A program made the position numbers and the translations under genes. The notes beneath the pieces were generated by a model, which was not told where the DNA came from, did not search any database, and worked only from the letters and a program-made list of their open reading frames with translations. A stretch of DNA of 64,000 nucleotides, from assembly GCA_018653365.1 (NCBI GenBank), contig JABIAG010000003.1:128001-192000 (forward strand), read 5' to 3'. Positions 1 to 10,055 of this stretch are shown here, one piece after another. Numbering within the stretch: the stretch's first letter is position 1; each line of letters opens with the position of its first letter. The stretch comes from Candidatus Woesearchaeota archaeon. GTDB lineage: Archaea; Nanobdellota; Nanobdellia; Woesearchaeales; JABIAG01.

Positions 1-1
1 G

Positions 2-331
2 TTTGCGCTTGGATTTGGTAATCCTTTGAATAGAGACCAAGGTTTAAAGACTCAAGTTATATTTAGAAAGGCAATGGGCAGACTTTCAAATGAATTAATT
101 GTGGATGACGCAGAAATTCAAAAGTGGGTTGTTAATGATGTGATTCCTGATGTAACTGTTGAAGCAGGGAAGATAAGCATGTTACCTTTAACTGTTGCTG
201 TTCCTAGTGAGGATGTACAAAGTGGAAGTTATACTTTTACTGTTACATCGTATACTACTGAATCTGTGCATAGGGATGTGAGTGGATGGGATGAGTATGG
301 CAAATTCGATTTTGTTGTGATTGTCTCATAA
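2..331 (+). CDS. Hypothetical protein, C-terminal part (5'-truncated; beta-rich, probably extracellular)
   Basis: Frame is open from position 2 (FALGFGNPLNRD...), so the TTG at 26 is not the real start; Ig-like composition. Confidence 0.6.
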   Translation, partial: FALGFGNPLNRDQGLKTQVIFRKAMGRLSNELIVDDAEIQKWVVNDVIPDVTVEAGKISMLPLTVAVPSEDVQSGSYTFTVTSYTTESVHRDVSGWDEYGKFDFVVIVS

Positions 332-364
332 GCTTTTTAAACTTCTTTTTTTTAATTTGTTATT

Positions 365-1117
365 ATGAATAAAGTTTTAGTTTCAAAAGGTAAAAAACAA
401 GTTATTGATGGGAAGGAAAGGACTATTAGAAAACCAAGTCAATATTATGTGAAAAATTCTGACTTTAGTTGTAATGAAGGTTATATCAAGTTGTTAAAAA
501 CAGGCAAGGTTAAAACTAATAAGGGAAAAGACTTTTTTTGTTTTGATTCAACTTTTTATGATGAGTTTAAGCAGTTAAGAAGGGGAGCTCAAATTATCAC
601 TCCTAAAGATGTTGGCATAATACTAACTGAAACGGGTTTAACTAAATCTTCAACAGTTGTTGAGGGAGGTAGTGGTTCTGGCGCTTTAGCTTGTCGTTTA
701 GCCTCGTTTATTAAACAAGTCTATTCCTATGATATCGAAAAAGAAAACATAGAACTTGCAAAAAACAACGCCTCTGAACTTAAACTAAAAAACATAACAT
801 TCAAACTTAAAGATTTAACAAAGAAAATAGATGAGGTCGATGTTGATGCGGTTATTCTTGACATTCCTAATACTGAAGCTGCAGTTAAAACTGCACTGAA
901 AGCAGTTAAGGTTGGTGGCTTTATTGTTGCTTACACTCCATCTATACCTCAAGTTATGAATTTTGTTGAAGAGGCAACTAAACAAGTTAGTCTTCAAGTA
1001 ATAAAAACAATAGAGTTAGTTGAACGTCAGTGGAAAGTAAATGGTCGAGCAGTAAGACCTATTTCTGAAGCTATTGGTCATACTGCATTTCTTACTTTTG
1101 TTAGAAGGGTTAACTAA
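365..1117 (+). CDS. trmI: tRNA (adenine-N1)-methyltransferase (m1A57/58), TrmI/Gcd14 family
   Basis: RGAQIITPKD, VVEGGSGSGAL SAM motif, ILDIP, C-terminal RP...GHTAFL. Confidence 0.92.
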   Translation: MNKVLVSKGKKQVIDGKERTIRKPSQYYVKNSDFSCNEGYIKLLKTGKVKTNKGKDFFCFDSTFYDEFKQLRRGAQIITPKDVGIILTETGLTKSSTVVEGGSGSGALACRLASFIKQVYSYDIEKENIELAKNNASELKLKNITFKLKDLTKKIDEVDVDAVILDIPNTEAAVKTALKAVKVGGFIVAYTPSIPQVMNFVEEATKQVSLQVIKTIELVERQWKVNGRAVRPISEAIGHTAFLTFVRRVN

Positions 1118-1118
1118 G

Positions 1119-1724
1119 CTATCTAAAACTTTTCATTTTCTTTTCTAAAGCCGCTTTTTCTCTTTCCAGACTTCTTTTCTTTTGACGAAGTTCAGATCTT
1201 TTTTCCCTAAGTTCATTACGGGTTTCTCTAAGAAGTTTATATACGACGTCTAATTTGGCTGTTAAAGATGCAATATCTTTTGTAAGAGCATCCCAGTCTA
1301 TGTTTTCTAGTTTTTTTCCTGCTTGAGATGTTTTTCCATCTTCTATTTCGTCTCGTAAGTCTTCTAGGTCGTCATAGGTTTTTTCTAATGCTGTTATTTC
1401 TTTTTCAATGCTTGCAATTTCGACTTCTGCTTTTTTAAATTTTATTTCATTTCGCATCATACTTACCTGAAGTGCAAATCGGTTATATTCTGCGCCACTA
1501 ATCTCCCTTTTGGAAGCTTTTTTTCGTAATTCTTTTAGTTTTTCTTGAGCCTCTTTTAATTTTGCTTCTAATGTTGTGAGTTCTTCTACTAATCTTTTTC
1601 CTTTTCCCTGTCCTTGAAATTCAACCATTGCAGTTTTTTTAATATTTTCTACCGCTTGCACTTGATTTGGACCCAATAAAGCTGCAAATAAACTCATTGC
1701 TGTTAGAAGTTTTCTTCCTCTCAT
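1119..1724 (-). CDS. Secreted coiled-coil hypothetical protein
   Basis: Signal peptide (MRGRKLLTAMSLFAALLG...VQA) followed by E/K/L heptad-rich helices. Confidence 0.65.
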   Translation of the reverse strand: MRGRKLLTAMSLFAALLGPNQVQAVENIKKTAMVEFQGQGKGKRLVEELTTLEAKLKEAQEKLKELRKKASKREISGAEYNRFALQVSMMRNEIKFKKAEVEIASIEKEITALEKTYDDLEDLRDEIEDGKTSQAGKKLENIDWDALTKDIASLTAKLDVVYKLLRETRNELREKRSELRQKKRSLEREKAALEKKMKSFR

Positions 1725-1835
1725 TTTAATAAGTAAGCCCTTATATACTATTTAAGTATTTCGTTTCAGTACAACTCTTCTCTGATTAGACTGATTAAAC
1801 CAAACTTTAATAAACATAACAATGAACTAATTTGA

Positions 1836-2357
1836 ATGGATAATAAAAAGGTTGGAATGTTACTTATAGTGTTGGGAATAATTCTTTTATCTAGTGTTCA
1901 GATTAATAAATCTAGGGATGATCAGTTAATCAGTAAGATTGTTGCTGAGCAGGATACTTGTTTTTTGGATGATGGTACTTGTTTACATGATGATCGTGAT
2001 CTAACTGCATATTTTACTGGAATTATTCTTTCTGCAGTTCTTATTGCCCTGGGGCTTTTTTTAATTTTGTTTGAGAAAGGTCAGAAAGAGATCGTAACTG
2101 CGTTACATGAACAAAAGCACCTGAAGATTGAGGAAGAAAAGTTTTCTATTCTTTTAAGAGGACTTACTAAAGAAGAAAAAAGGGTTATAGTTGCAGTTAA
2201 AAATCAGGATGGAATTACTCAACAAACTCTTAGATTAAGAACGGATCTTCATAAGTCTAAGCTTAGTATTGTTCTTGACGGTTTAGAAAAGAAGGATTTG
2301 ATCAAAAGAGTGGATCACGGTAAGACTAAAAAAGTTTTCTTAAAAATCAACTTGTAA
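1836..2357 (+). CDS. Membrane-anchored transcriptional regulator (2 TM helices plus C-terminal winged HTH)
   Basis: Two hydrophobic helices with a CxxxxxxC loop between them; DGITQQTLRLRTDLHKSKLSIVLDGLEKKDLIKR wHTH. Confidence 0.8.
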   Translation: MDNKKVGMLLIVLGIILLSSVQINKSRDDQLISKIVAEQDTCFLDDGTCLHDDRDLTAYFTGIILSAVLIALGLFLILFEKGQKEIVTALHEQKHLKIEEEKFSILLRGLTKEEKRVIVAVKNQDGITQQTLRLRTDLHKSKLSIVLDGLEKKDLIKRVDHGKTKKVFLKINL

Positions 2358-2468
2358 ACGGTCTATCTGTCAAATTTCGCGTTCTCAGAGGTTATAGCCA
2401 CCTCAGTTTCAGCCCTAAAATATATTTACTTCTATAATTTTATGATTTAAAATAAAGGAGGTGAATTA

Positions 2469-2663
2469 ATGAAAAAAGGGATAATTGCAATATTGGTGTT
2501 GACTGCAATTGTTATAGGTGCTGTTTTTGTAACAGCTAATTTAACAGAAAACACCCCTGAGTTGGAAGAAACAGATTCTTCGAATCCTGCGTGTTACAAT
2601 GGTGCATGCAATGGGGATTGTGGAGGAAGTTGTGGAGTGCCAACTTGTGGCTGTGGGAGATAA
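2469..2663 (+). CDS. Small membrane-anchored or secreted Cys/Gly-rich protein
   Basis: SD GGAGGTGA upstream; N-terminal TM/signal; C-terminus CYNGACNGDCGGSCGVPTCGCGR. Confidence 0.75.
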   Translation: MKKGIIAILVLTAIVIGAVFVTANLTENTPELEETDSSNPACYNGACNGDCGGSCGVPTCGCGR

Positions 2664-2695
2664 TTTTATCTCCCTTTATAATTACGGAGGCAAAA

Positions 2696-3367
2696 ATGAA
2701 AACAAAAAGATTATGGATGACTACATCAATTATATTATTTATTCTGCTTTTGATATCAGTTTTTACTGGAGGGTTTAAAACTTATTTATTGGCAGATGAA
2801 ACACAACAAGAGGCAGTACCAAAACCCCCTATTGAACAAATCAATCTACAAGATTTGATCGATGATGATACAGTAAAAGGTGATCCTAATGCTCCAGTTA
2901 CAATTGTGGAATGGAGTGATTTTGAATGCCCGTTTTGTGAAAGATTTTATCAACAAACATTGGGACTTATAGAAAAAGAGTATATTGACACAGGGAAAGT
3001 AAATATGGTTTATCGAGATTTTCCATTGAGCTTTCATGAGAATGCACAAAAAGCAGCAGAAGCTGCAGAATGTGCAGGCGAACAAGGAAAATTTTGGGAG
3101 ATGCACGATTCTCTATTTGAGAATGGAGTGGAAGGTGGTGTACGTTCTTTCAAAAAGTTTGCAAAAGATCTTGACTTAAACGATGCAGAATTTAATGAAT
3201 GTCTTGATTCGGGGAAAATGGAAAGCGAGGTGAAGAAAGATATGGTTGATGGACAGAATGCAGGAGTAAAAGGAACGCCAGCATTTATAATAAATGGAAA
3301 ATTACTTTCTGGAGCTCAACCATTTAGTGTGTTTAAACAAGCAATCGATGAGGCATTAACTGAATGA
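2696..3367 (+). CDS. DsbA-family thiol-disulfide oxidoreductase, membrane-anchored
   Basis: KGDPNAPVTIVEWSDFECPFC, RDFPL, GVKGTPAF; start moved to ATG 2696 after SD GGAGG (2686-2690). Confidence 0.92.
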   Translation: MKTKRLWMTTSIILFILLLISVFTGGFKTYLLADETQQEAVPKPPIEQINLQDLIDDDTVKGDPNAPVTIVEWSDFECPFCERFYQQTLGLIEKEYIDTGKVNMVYRDFPLSFHENAQKAAEAAECAGEQGKFWEMHDSLFENGVEGGVRSFKKFAKDLDLNDAEFNECLDSGKMESEVKKDMVDGQNAGVKGTPAFIINGKLLSGAQPFSVFKQAIDEALTE

Positions 3368-3400
3368 TTTTTTTCTTTTTTTCATTTCAATTTTTTATTT
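3368..3400 (+). terminator. Oligo-T archaeal-type terminator
   Basis: Long T-rich run directly after the DsbA stop codon. Confidence 0.5.
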
Positions 3401-3447
3401 AACTGTTCAACATCAGTTTATTAACCACTCTTCAAACCCTGCATATA

Positions 3448-4257
3448 ATGGTAAAAAGAAATATTATTAAGATTGATGAGGATAAGTGTAATGGGTGTGG
3501 ATTATGCATTCCTAACTGTCCTGAGGGCGCATTACAAATTATTGATAACAAGGTTAGGTTAGTTTCTGATCTGTTCTGTGACGGGCTTGGTGCTTGTATG
3601 GGACACTGTCCTCAAGGTGCTATTGAGGTTGAAGAACGAGAAGCAGAACCTTATAATGAATATAAGGTCATGGAGAATATTGTTAAACATGGTGAAAACA
3701 CAATTACTGCTCACCTGAATCATTTGCGAGCTCATGGCGAAACTAAATATTTGACTGAAGCCCTAGATTTTTTAAAAGAAAAAAATATTGATGTTAAACC
3801 TGAAGAGGACAAACCAGATCTTGCTTGTGGCTGCCCTGGCACTGCGGTAAGAGAGGTTAATTGTGATGAAGATGTTACTGATACCAATAATTCTTCTGCA
3901 TTAAAACAGTGGCCAGTTCAATTGAGCTTACTTCCTCCAAGTGCACCATTTTTTGATAACTCTCACTTATTAGTTTGTGCAGACTGTGTTCCGTTTGCTA
4001 CTGCTAATTTTCATTCAAAATTGTTAAATGGAAAGTCTTTGGTTATTGGTTGTCCTAAACTGGATGATCCTGATCCTTATGTTGCTAAGCTTTCGGAAAT
4101 ATTCAAGAATAACAATATTAAGTCAATTACTGTTGCGATGATGGAGGTTCCTTGTTGTTATAGTCTTCACTCTATTGTTGAGCGTGCTTTGAGAAAGGCA
4201 GAAGTTGATATTCCGTTAATCAAGGAAACTATTAAACTTAATGGAAATATTGAGTAA
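3448..4257 (+). CDS. 4Fe-4S ferredoxin-domain iron-sulfur protein
   Basis: CNGCGLCIPNCP and CDGLGACMGHCP; C-terminal QWPVQL, ADC, GCPKLD, MEVPCC motifs. Confidence 0.85.
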   Translation: MVKRNIIKIDEDKCNGCGLCIPNCPEGALQIIDNKVRLVSDLFCDGLGACMGHCPQGAIEVEEREAEPYNEYKVMENIVKHGENTITAHLNHLRAHGETKYLTEALDFLKEKNIDVKPEEDKPDLACGCPGTAVREVNCDEDVTDTNNSSALKQWPVQLSLLPPSAPFFDNSHLLVCADCVPFATANFHSKLLNGKSLVIGCPKLDDPDPYVAKLSEIFKNNNIKSITVAMMEVPCCYSLHSIVERALRKAEVDIPLIKETIKLNGNIE

Positions 4258-6177
4258 TTATATTCTTTTTTTACTCCATTCATACACGATTGAAACAAGA
4301 ACAAATAGTATTACAAATTCAATAACAAGCATGAGACTTCCTGAGAATATTTGGTTAAATGATAACTCATAAAGTGTGCTCTTCTTTAGCATTACTTCTA
4401 AAACAATGTATGGGTTGATTGAAAACACTTTTGCAAATGATTGTTTCATAATTTCTAAAGGAAAGATTAATCCTGAGAACATGAATAAGATTAGTGACGT
4501 GACTACTGATGTAATAATTGCAGATTCTTCATTGTTCATTAAGTAACCAATTAGCAATCCAATCAATGAAAATATGGCATTACAAATTAATAATATTAAC
4601 AAGATAATCCAGTAGTTGTAGTGTAGATTAAGTTTTAGAACAAGATTTGAAAAGAGAAAAAGGCTGGTAAGGATTATTGTTGAGGTGAGTGCAGTTGTGA
4701 GTATAAAGCTCCATATTGTGGTAAACGAATTAACTGGCAGGATATGATTTCTGAAGTATGCGTTAGATGCTTTTTCTTTGATTACTAAAACTGATGACAT
4801 TATCAAAGAGATGAACAAGGAAAGCATAACAATCAGTGATGGGAAAAAGAATTCAATTGTGGAAAGTTCTGAATTAATTCCAACAGCTTCAATTGACAGT
4901 GGATTAATAATATCTAATGCATTCGCATTACTAACTTTTTTAATCTTTTCAGCAATATTTTCTGCACTTTTTTGAAATAGTTCTAAATCCTTAAAAACAA
5001 GAGTTATACTTTTTTGTCCTTTAGCTAAATCGTTTAATATTTCAGTTCTTAAAGTTTGAATTTCTTTAATTTTCTTTTCAGATTTGTCTTGTACTTTTTC
5101 AGCTTGTTCTATTGCGTCATGTAATGAGTTAACCTTAAAGTTAATATTATCAAATGTGGTTTCACTGACATCATTAAACTCGTCAACATTCTCTTTTACT
5201 GTTTGAATTCTTTCTTGTAAGTCATCAAGGTTAGAGCTAATTTCATCAAGGTCTTGGCTTAATAACAAAATATTTTGTGAAAGTGTGAATAGCATGGTGC
5301 AGGTAGGATCATATCCTTCATAATTAGAGTCGACAATAACTTCTGTTCCCTGAATTGTTATTGCATTTTTAAAACTTTTAAGTTGGCAGTGTTCACCTGC
5401 CATTTCAGCATTCAGATTGTTAACAATTTCATCTCTTGACTGTTTAAAACCATTAATTCTTGAATGGGTAAGGGCAATTTCTTCTTCTCCCCTAACTAGG
5501 TTGGTTTCAAGTAAGGAGATTATGTTTCTAATCTCTCTTTCATATCTTCTTATGTCTTCAGGATCTATGTCTAATTCATCTAAGTCAATATCTGCTCCAA
5601 AGTCAGACTTTCCTAACTTAAATGAGTTGAGAATGTTTTGAGAGTTGTTTAAGGAGGTTAGTAACGAGTTTGTTTGTGATAGCACGCTAGTTAGAGAGTT
5701 CGATTGGTTTGTTATGCTTGAAGAAGTGTCTGCTAATTCGTTAAGAAGATCGTTTACAATTTCAAAACTTATTATGTCGGTTGTTTCTTCAGTTTTCTTT
5801 TCCAAGAAACGTACGAGTTTGAATACTATACTTAATTTGGAAAAGTCAACATAAACATTTACTTTTTTCTTTGGTGGGTCAGGAAATTCTGCACATAAGT
5901 GGAATTTTTGTATTTTCATGTCTGCAATACATTGTTCAACAGTTGGAACCTCTTCAAGAAAAACGTTTTTGCTTTTAATATTGTCAATTAAGTAATTCAT
6001 CATTGATTCATTGTTTAGGTTGATATGTCCAATGTTAACTTTTTGTAGTTCCATGCTTTCAATTGATAGAGATAATAAAATTACTAAAATTATTGGTCCA
6101 AATAGTATTAAGAGCGTTGTTGTCTTGTTTCGAGACATTCGAATTACATTTTTCTTAATTATTTCTATTAGCTTCAT
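4258..6177 (-). CDS. ABC-2 type exporter permease with large extracellular coiled coil (YhgE/Pip-like)
   Basis: One N-terminal TM, about 400 aa helical loop, about five C-terminal TMs, FSGLIFPLE; overlaps the ATPase gene. Confidence 0.8.
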   Translation of the reverse strand: MKLIEIIKKNVIRMSRNKTTTLLILFGPIILVILLSLSIESMELQKVNIGHINLNNESMMNYLIDNIKSKNVFLEEVPTVEQCIADMKIQKFHLCAEFPDPPKKKVNVYVDFSKLSIVFKLVRFLEKKTEETTDIISFEIVNDLLNELADTSSSITNQSNSLTSVLSQTNSLLTSLNNSQNILNSFKLGKSDFGADIDLDELDIDPEDIRRYEREIRNIISLLETNLVRGEEEIALTHSRINGFKQSRDEIVNNLNAEMAGEHCQLKSFKNAITIQGTEVIVDSNYEGYDPTCTMLFTLSQNILLLSQDLDEISSNLDDLQERIQTVKENVDEFNDVSETTFDNINFKVNSLHDAIEQAEKVQDKSEKKIKEIQTLRTEILNDLAKGQKSITLVFKDLELFQKSAENIAEKIKKVSNANALDIINPLSIEAVGINSELSTIEFFFPSLIVMLSLFISLIMSSVLVIKEKASNAYFRNHILPVNSFTTIWSFILTTALTSTIILTSLFLFSNLVLKLNLHYNYWIILLILLICNAIFSLIGLLIGYLMNNEESAIITSVVTSLILFMFSGLIFPLEIMKQSFAKVFSINPYIVLEVMLKKSTLYELSFNQIFSGSLMLVIEFVILFVLVSIVYEWSKKRI

Positions 6178-7123
6178 TTTTCATTTTTTGGTATTCTTTT
6201 GGAGTGCAAATACTGTTTTTTTTCAAGATGTCAAAGATTTTTTGTAACGATGGTTTTTCAATGTCAATAGAGACTAGTTCTTCTTTTTTTGTCATAAAAA
6301 TATGTGCTAGGTTTTGAACGTCTCTTGCACTATCGCTGGTGTAAATGTATAAGAATTGTTCATCTGCCGTATGGTATTGGGTTCTATGGTCGTATTTTTC
6401 TAGGGATTTTAAAATTGGTTCGTATTCTTTAGTTTCAGATTTGACTTTTATTATATCAAAGTCTTTTATTTCAGATTTTAATTTTTTTGGAGTTGTGGAA
6501 TCTAGTATGTGTCCATCTGAGAGTAAGATTACTTTATTACAGTATTCTTCAACCTCATCTAATAGGTGGGTTGCATAAATTGTGGTAACCCCTTTTTTAT
6601 TTATTGTTTTAATTATGTCTAAAATATGCTTTTTTAATCCTGGGTCTAAGCCAGTTGTGATTTCATCTAAGACTAAAATCCTTGGATCTGCCAGAAGCGA
6701 TATTGCGAGATCCAATCTTCGTTTCATTCCTCCACTTAGTTTTGCTGCAAGTAATTTTTCATTTCCTGTTAATTCAACGAGTTCTAATAATTTATTTGAC
6801 TTTTTTAGTGTTTCTTCTTTTGAAAGACCATTCATTCTTCCAAAATACATTAAGTTTTCCATAACGGTCAAATCAAAGTAGAAACTGTTTTCTTGAGTTG
6901 CATACCCTATGTGTTCTTTTTTCAGGGGTTTGTTGTTTAAAAGAATCTCTCCTCGTTCAGGGTCAAAGAATTTTACTAGAAGTCTTAGCAAGGTGGTCTT
7001 ACCACTTCCTGAAGGACCTATTATTCCTAGAAAGTCTCCTCTTCCAATTTCAAAACTTATTCCTTTGAGAACTTTTTTCTTTCCTAATGATTTCTCAACA
7101 TTATTTACGGAAATATAACTCAT
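6155..7123 (-). CDS. ABC transporter ATP-binding protein
   Basis: GPSGSGKT Walker A, LSGGM signature, ILVLDE Walker B, H-loop. Confidence 0.95.
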   Translation of the reverse strand: MSYISVNNVEKSLGKKKVLKGISFEIGRGDFLGIIGPSGSGKTTLLRLLVKFFDPERGEILLNNKPLKKEHIGYATQENSFYFDLTVMENLMYFGRMNGLSKEETLKKSNKLLELVELTGNEKLLAAKLSGGMKRRLDLAISLLADPRILVLDEITTGLDPGLKKHILDIIKTINKKGVTTIYATHLLDEVEEYCNKVILLSDGHILDSTTPKKLKSEIKDFDIIKVKSETKEYEPILKSLEKYDHRTQYHTADEQFLYIYTSDSARDVQNLAHIFMTKKEELVSIDIEKPSLQKIFDILKKNSICTPKEYQKMKNEANRNN

Positions 7124-7165
7124 AACAAAATAAAGAAAAAAGGCTATATAAATTTTGTGAGAAGT

Positions 7166-7774
7166 TTATTGTGTGCTTAAAACGCATTCTGAGCTTACTT
7201 TAAATAAAATTCCTGTCCCTAATCCTGCCTGGGTGTTTATGATGTTTGTGTTACTTACTTCTGCGTACGTTGCAACGCGCCATTGTTGGTCGTTCGTGTC
7301 CCATCTTGCAATTTTTAGTAAGTCACAATTACCTGTGATCTCGTTTGTTTCTTTTCCTAAAATTTCTGGGGAAATGCCCACAAAGTTCCATCCTGGACTA
7401 AGCTCCCTTGCATTCCATTCAATATATGAATTTTCTGGGATGATCAGGTTAGAGTATGATTGGTCATAATTTTCTAAATAAACCCATACTGCCATGTTAG
7501 CCAGCTTGTCATCATCAATTAACGTCAAGGTGTTAACTTCAGGGTTAGGATAAACCCTTGCATATTCTTGAGTTTCGGGTATGAATGCATAAACTACGCG
7601 AACGTTAGCAATGTCTGATGCAAGTTGTGTTTCAACATCAAGAACGCCATAAAGAAGATTCCACCCATTTTGAAGTTGAACTGGAACACTTGTTTGACCA
7701 TTTTCAAAAGTAAAAGCTGAAACTAGAGAAAAACAAAATAATAAAACAATTAAAAAACTGGTTAACTTTTTCAT
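7166..7774 (-). CDS. Secreted hypothetical protein
   Basis: Signal peptide ending VSA; duplicated LxxGWN motif (LQNGWNL, LSPGWNF). Confidence 0.7.
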   Translation of the reverse strand: MKKLTSFLIVLLFCFSLVSAFTFENGQTSVPVQLQNGWNLLYGVLDVETQLASDIANVRVVYAFIPETQEYARVYPNPEVNTLTLIDDDKLANMAVWVYLENYDQSYSNLIIPENSYIEWNARELSPGWNFVGISPEILGKETNEITGNCDLLKIARWDTNDQQWRVATYAEVSNTNIINTQAGLGTGILFKVSSECVLSTQ

Positions 7775-8193
7775 TCTTGCGGTATTGAAGGAGGTGAAAG
7801 TTCTTCTTCATCACAAATAGCGTCTTTAAACAATTCGCCATTAAATGCAACTAAGTAGTTTGCACCATCAAAGTCAAAGTGTATATCAATCATGATTTCA
7901 GAGCCTTCGGGTAGATCACAGATTGCTTGGAATTGTATTGGGATTTCTAAAACGCCTTCAGCATCAATTGTGCTTTCAACTTCGGCCGAACTAATTACTA
8001 CATCATCTGCTCTTAGTTTAATGTCTTGGACTATTAGTAAATTGTCAACTGCGCTTTCAATTACTAGTTTGTCGCCTTCAGCCCTAACGTCAACTAGTGC
8101 ATTTCCATTTCTGATTTCAGGGTCAACTGAAAAGTTCACGCATCCAACTACTAATGTTAATAACAAAATTCCTAGAATAATTATTGTTTTCAT
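7771..8193 (-). CDS. Acidic lipoprotein
   Basis: Start reassigned to ATG 8193: MKTIIILGILLLTLVVGC lipobox; 4-nt overlap with the next gene. Confidence 0.7.
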   Translation of the reverse strand: MKTIIILGILLLTLVVGCVNFSVDPEIRNGNALVDVRAEGDKLVIESAVDNLLIVQDIKLRADDVVISSAEVESTIDAEGVLEIPIQFQAICDLPEGSEIMIDIHFDFDGANYLVAFNGELFKDAICDEEELSPPSIPQE

Positions 8194-8230
8194 GTTTAAA
8201 AGCTGGCTTGCTAGTATATAAAATTTTCTA

Positions 8231-9982
8231 TTAAACATAATACAGCTTATCTGCTTTCTTTTGTTTTTGATCCAATTGAGAATTCAATTTATTTGCTCGA
8301 GGACGTTTGCTTTCTGGGTCTCTTCTAAAGCTCATTCCTAGGTCTTCTAAGAATTTGTTCATTCCTTCCTGCATTCCAAACGGCCCATGTACTTCGCCGT
8401 GTAGTGCGGGTTCTCCCTCAAATACCATTACCTTATCACTTAAGTAATCTATGAATAATAAATCGTGATCTACTACTATTGCAGTTTTTCCTTTCATTTC
8501 CATGAAGTCTTTAATGACTTTACTTATCAAAAGTCTTTGTTCTACGTCTAAGTATGCTGAGGGCTCGTCAAAAAGATATAGGTCTGCTTCACGAGATAAA
8601 CATAATGCAATAGCAACCCGTTGTAATTCCCCTCCAGATAATTGATTTATCTGTCGCATAAGTAGGCCTGATACGTTTAAAGGAATTATGATTTGGTTTT
8701 TGTATTTCATTGCCTCTTTTAATAAATTTGCAACTAGTACGTTTGAGGATGAATCAATATATTGTGGTTTGTAACTAACTTTTACTTTTATATCTACCTT
8801 TCCCGAGTCTGCCTTCTCCTCCTCAGCCAGAATTTTAACAAATGAAGTTTTTCCTATTCCGTTTTCCCCCAACACACCTATTACATCTTTTCTGTGTACC
8901 TCTCCTGCTGTTGCTTTTAGGTTAAACGTGCCGAATTTTTTGATAATTCCACTCCAGGAGGTCAACATTTCTTTTTCTCCTTCCTGGAATGCTAGTCTTT
9001 TTTCAAATTTTAGTTTTGAATCTCTGAATCTAATGTTGCCGTCTTTTAAATAACCGTCTAAGTAAACATTTATGCCTGTTTTTGTACTTAGTGGATGACT
9101 GACCACTCCGTATACTTGTTCTTTTCCATACATGATGTGAATAAGATCTGTCATGAAATCTAGTATGATTAGGTCGTGTTCAACAACAAGTACTGCAGTA
9201 TCCGCATCTGCTAGTGAACGAATAAATTTTGAAACTTTTATACGTTGTTTAATGTCTAAGAAGGATGTTGGCTCATCAAATACATACAAATTAGCTTTTT
9301 TTAAGACTGTGGCACCAATTGCTACTCTTTGTAACTCTCCGCCAGATAATTGATCTAGTGTTCGATCTTTTACATTAATCAGGTCGAGTTCTTCAATAAT
9401 CCTATCAATCTCTCCTCGTTCATCAACTTTGCTTAGAGTTTCATAAACTGTTCCTTTGGCGGTTTTTGGTATTAATTCTACTTGTTGTGGTTTGTAACTG
9501 ATAACTATTTCTTCTTTTTTTACTTTTTCAAAATATAATTGTGCTTCTGTTCCTTTAAAGTACGCAATTAGTTCATCCCATCCTGCTTCTTCTTTTCCAA
9601 AGTTTGGTTTTAGCATTCCTGCCAAGATTTTTAGTGCAGTTGATTTTCCAATTCCGTTCTTTCCTAGTATTCCTACAACTTTTCCAAATATTGGGATGGG
9701 TAGGTTAAATAAGTGGAATCCATTTTCTCCATATTTGTGGATTGGTTCGTTATCTAATTCTGAGGGTAAATTAATTATTGAGATTGCATCATAGGGACAT
9801 CGGTTTGGACAGATTCCGCATCCTGTACACATGTTTTCGTAGATTACTGGTTTTCCGACATCTCCTTTTACTATGCACTCCTCTCCTGTTCGGTTAATGG
9901 GGCACACTCTCATGCAAAGGAAGTCTCCACAACCCGAAGGGTTGCATTTTTCTTTTTCAATTACCGCTATTCGTTTAACCAT
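8231..9982 (-). CDS. rli: ABCE1/RLI ribosome recycling ATPase
   Basis: N-terminal Fe-S Cys clusters, two ABC domains (GKNGIGKST, GENGIGKTS, LSGGELQR twice), FRRD...RPRANK tail. Confidence 0.97.
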   Translation of the reverse strand: MVKRIAVIEKEKCNPSGCGDFLCMRVCPINRTGEECIVKGDVGKPVIYENMCTGCGICPNRCPYDAISIINLPSELDNEPIHKYGENGFHLFNLPIPIFGKVVGILGKNGIGKSTALKILAGMLKPNFGKEEAGWDELIAYFKGTEAQLYFEKVKKEEIVISYKPQQVELIPKTAKGTVYETLSKVDERGEIDRIIEELDLINVKDRTLDQLSGGELQRVAIGATVLKKANLYVFDEPTSFLDIKQRIKVSKFIRSLADADTAVLVVEHDLIILDFMTDLIHIMYGKEQVYGVVSHPLSTKTGINVYLDGYLKDGNIRFRDSKLKFEKRLAFQEGEKEMLTSWSGIIKKFGTFNLKATAGEVHRKDVIGVLGENGIGKTSFVKILAEEEKADSGKVDIKVKVSYKPQYIDSSSNVLVANLLKEAMKYKNQIIIPLNVSGLLMRQINQLSGGELQRVAIALCLSREADLYLFDEPSAYLDVEQRLLISKVIKDFMEMKGKTAIVVDHDLLFIDYLSDKVMVFEGEPALHGEVHGPFGMQEGMNKFLEDLGMSFRRDPESKRPRANKLNSQLDQKQKKADKLYYV

Positions 9983-10055
9983 GGGAATAATTACTTTGGA
10001 AGCATATTTAAAGGTTTAGAAAAACTTTTTAATTAGAGGCAGTTTTATTTAATTC

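Noticed and set aside
2591-2695. Long N-terminal extension of DsbA given by the ORF track
   Set aside because: It overlaps the Cys-rich gene; ATG 2696 has a clear SD. Similar over-long starts were trimmed for several other genes
3401-3418. AACTG-N8-CAGTT inverted repeat upstream of the Fe-S protein gene
   Set aside because: 5-bp arms in AT-rich DNA and a single occurrence; could be chance
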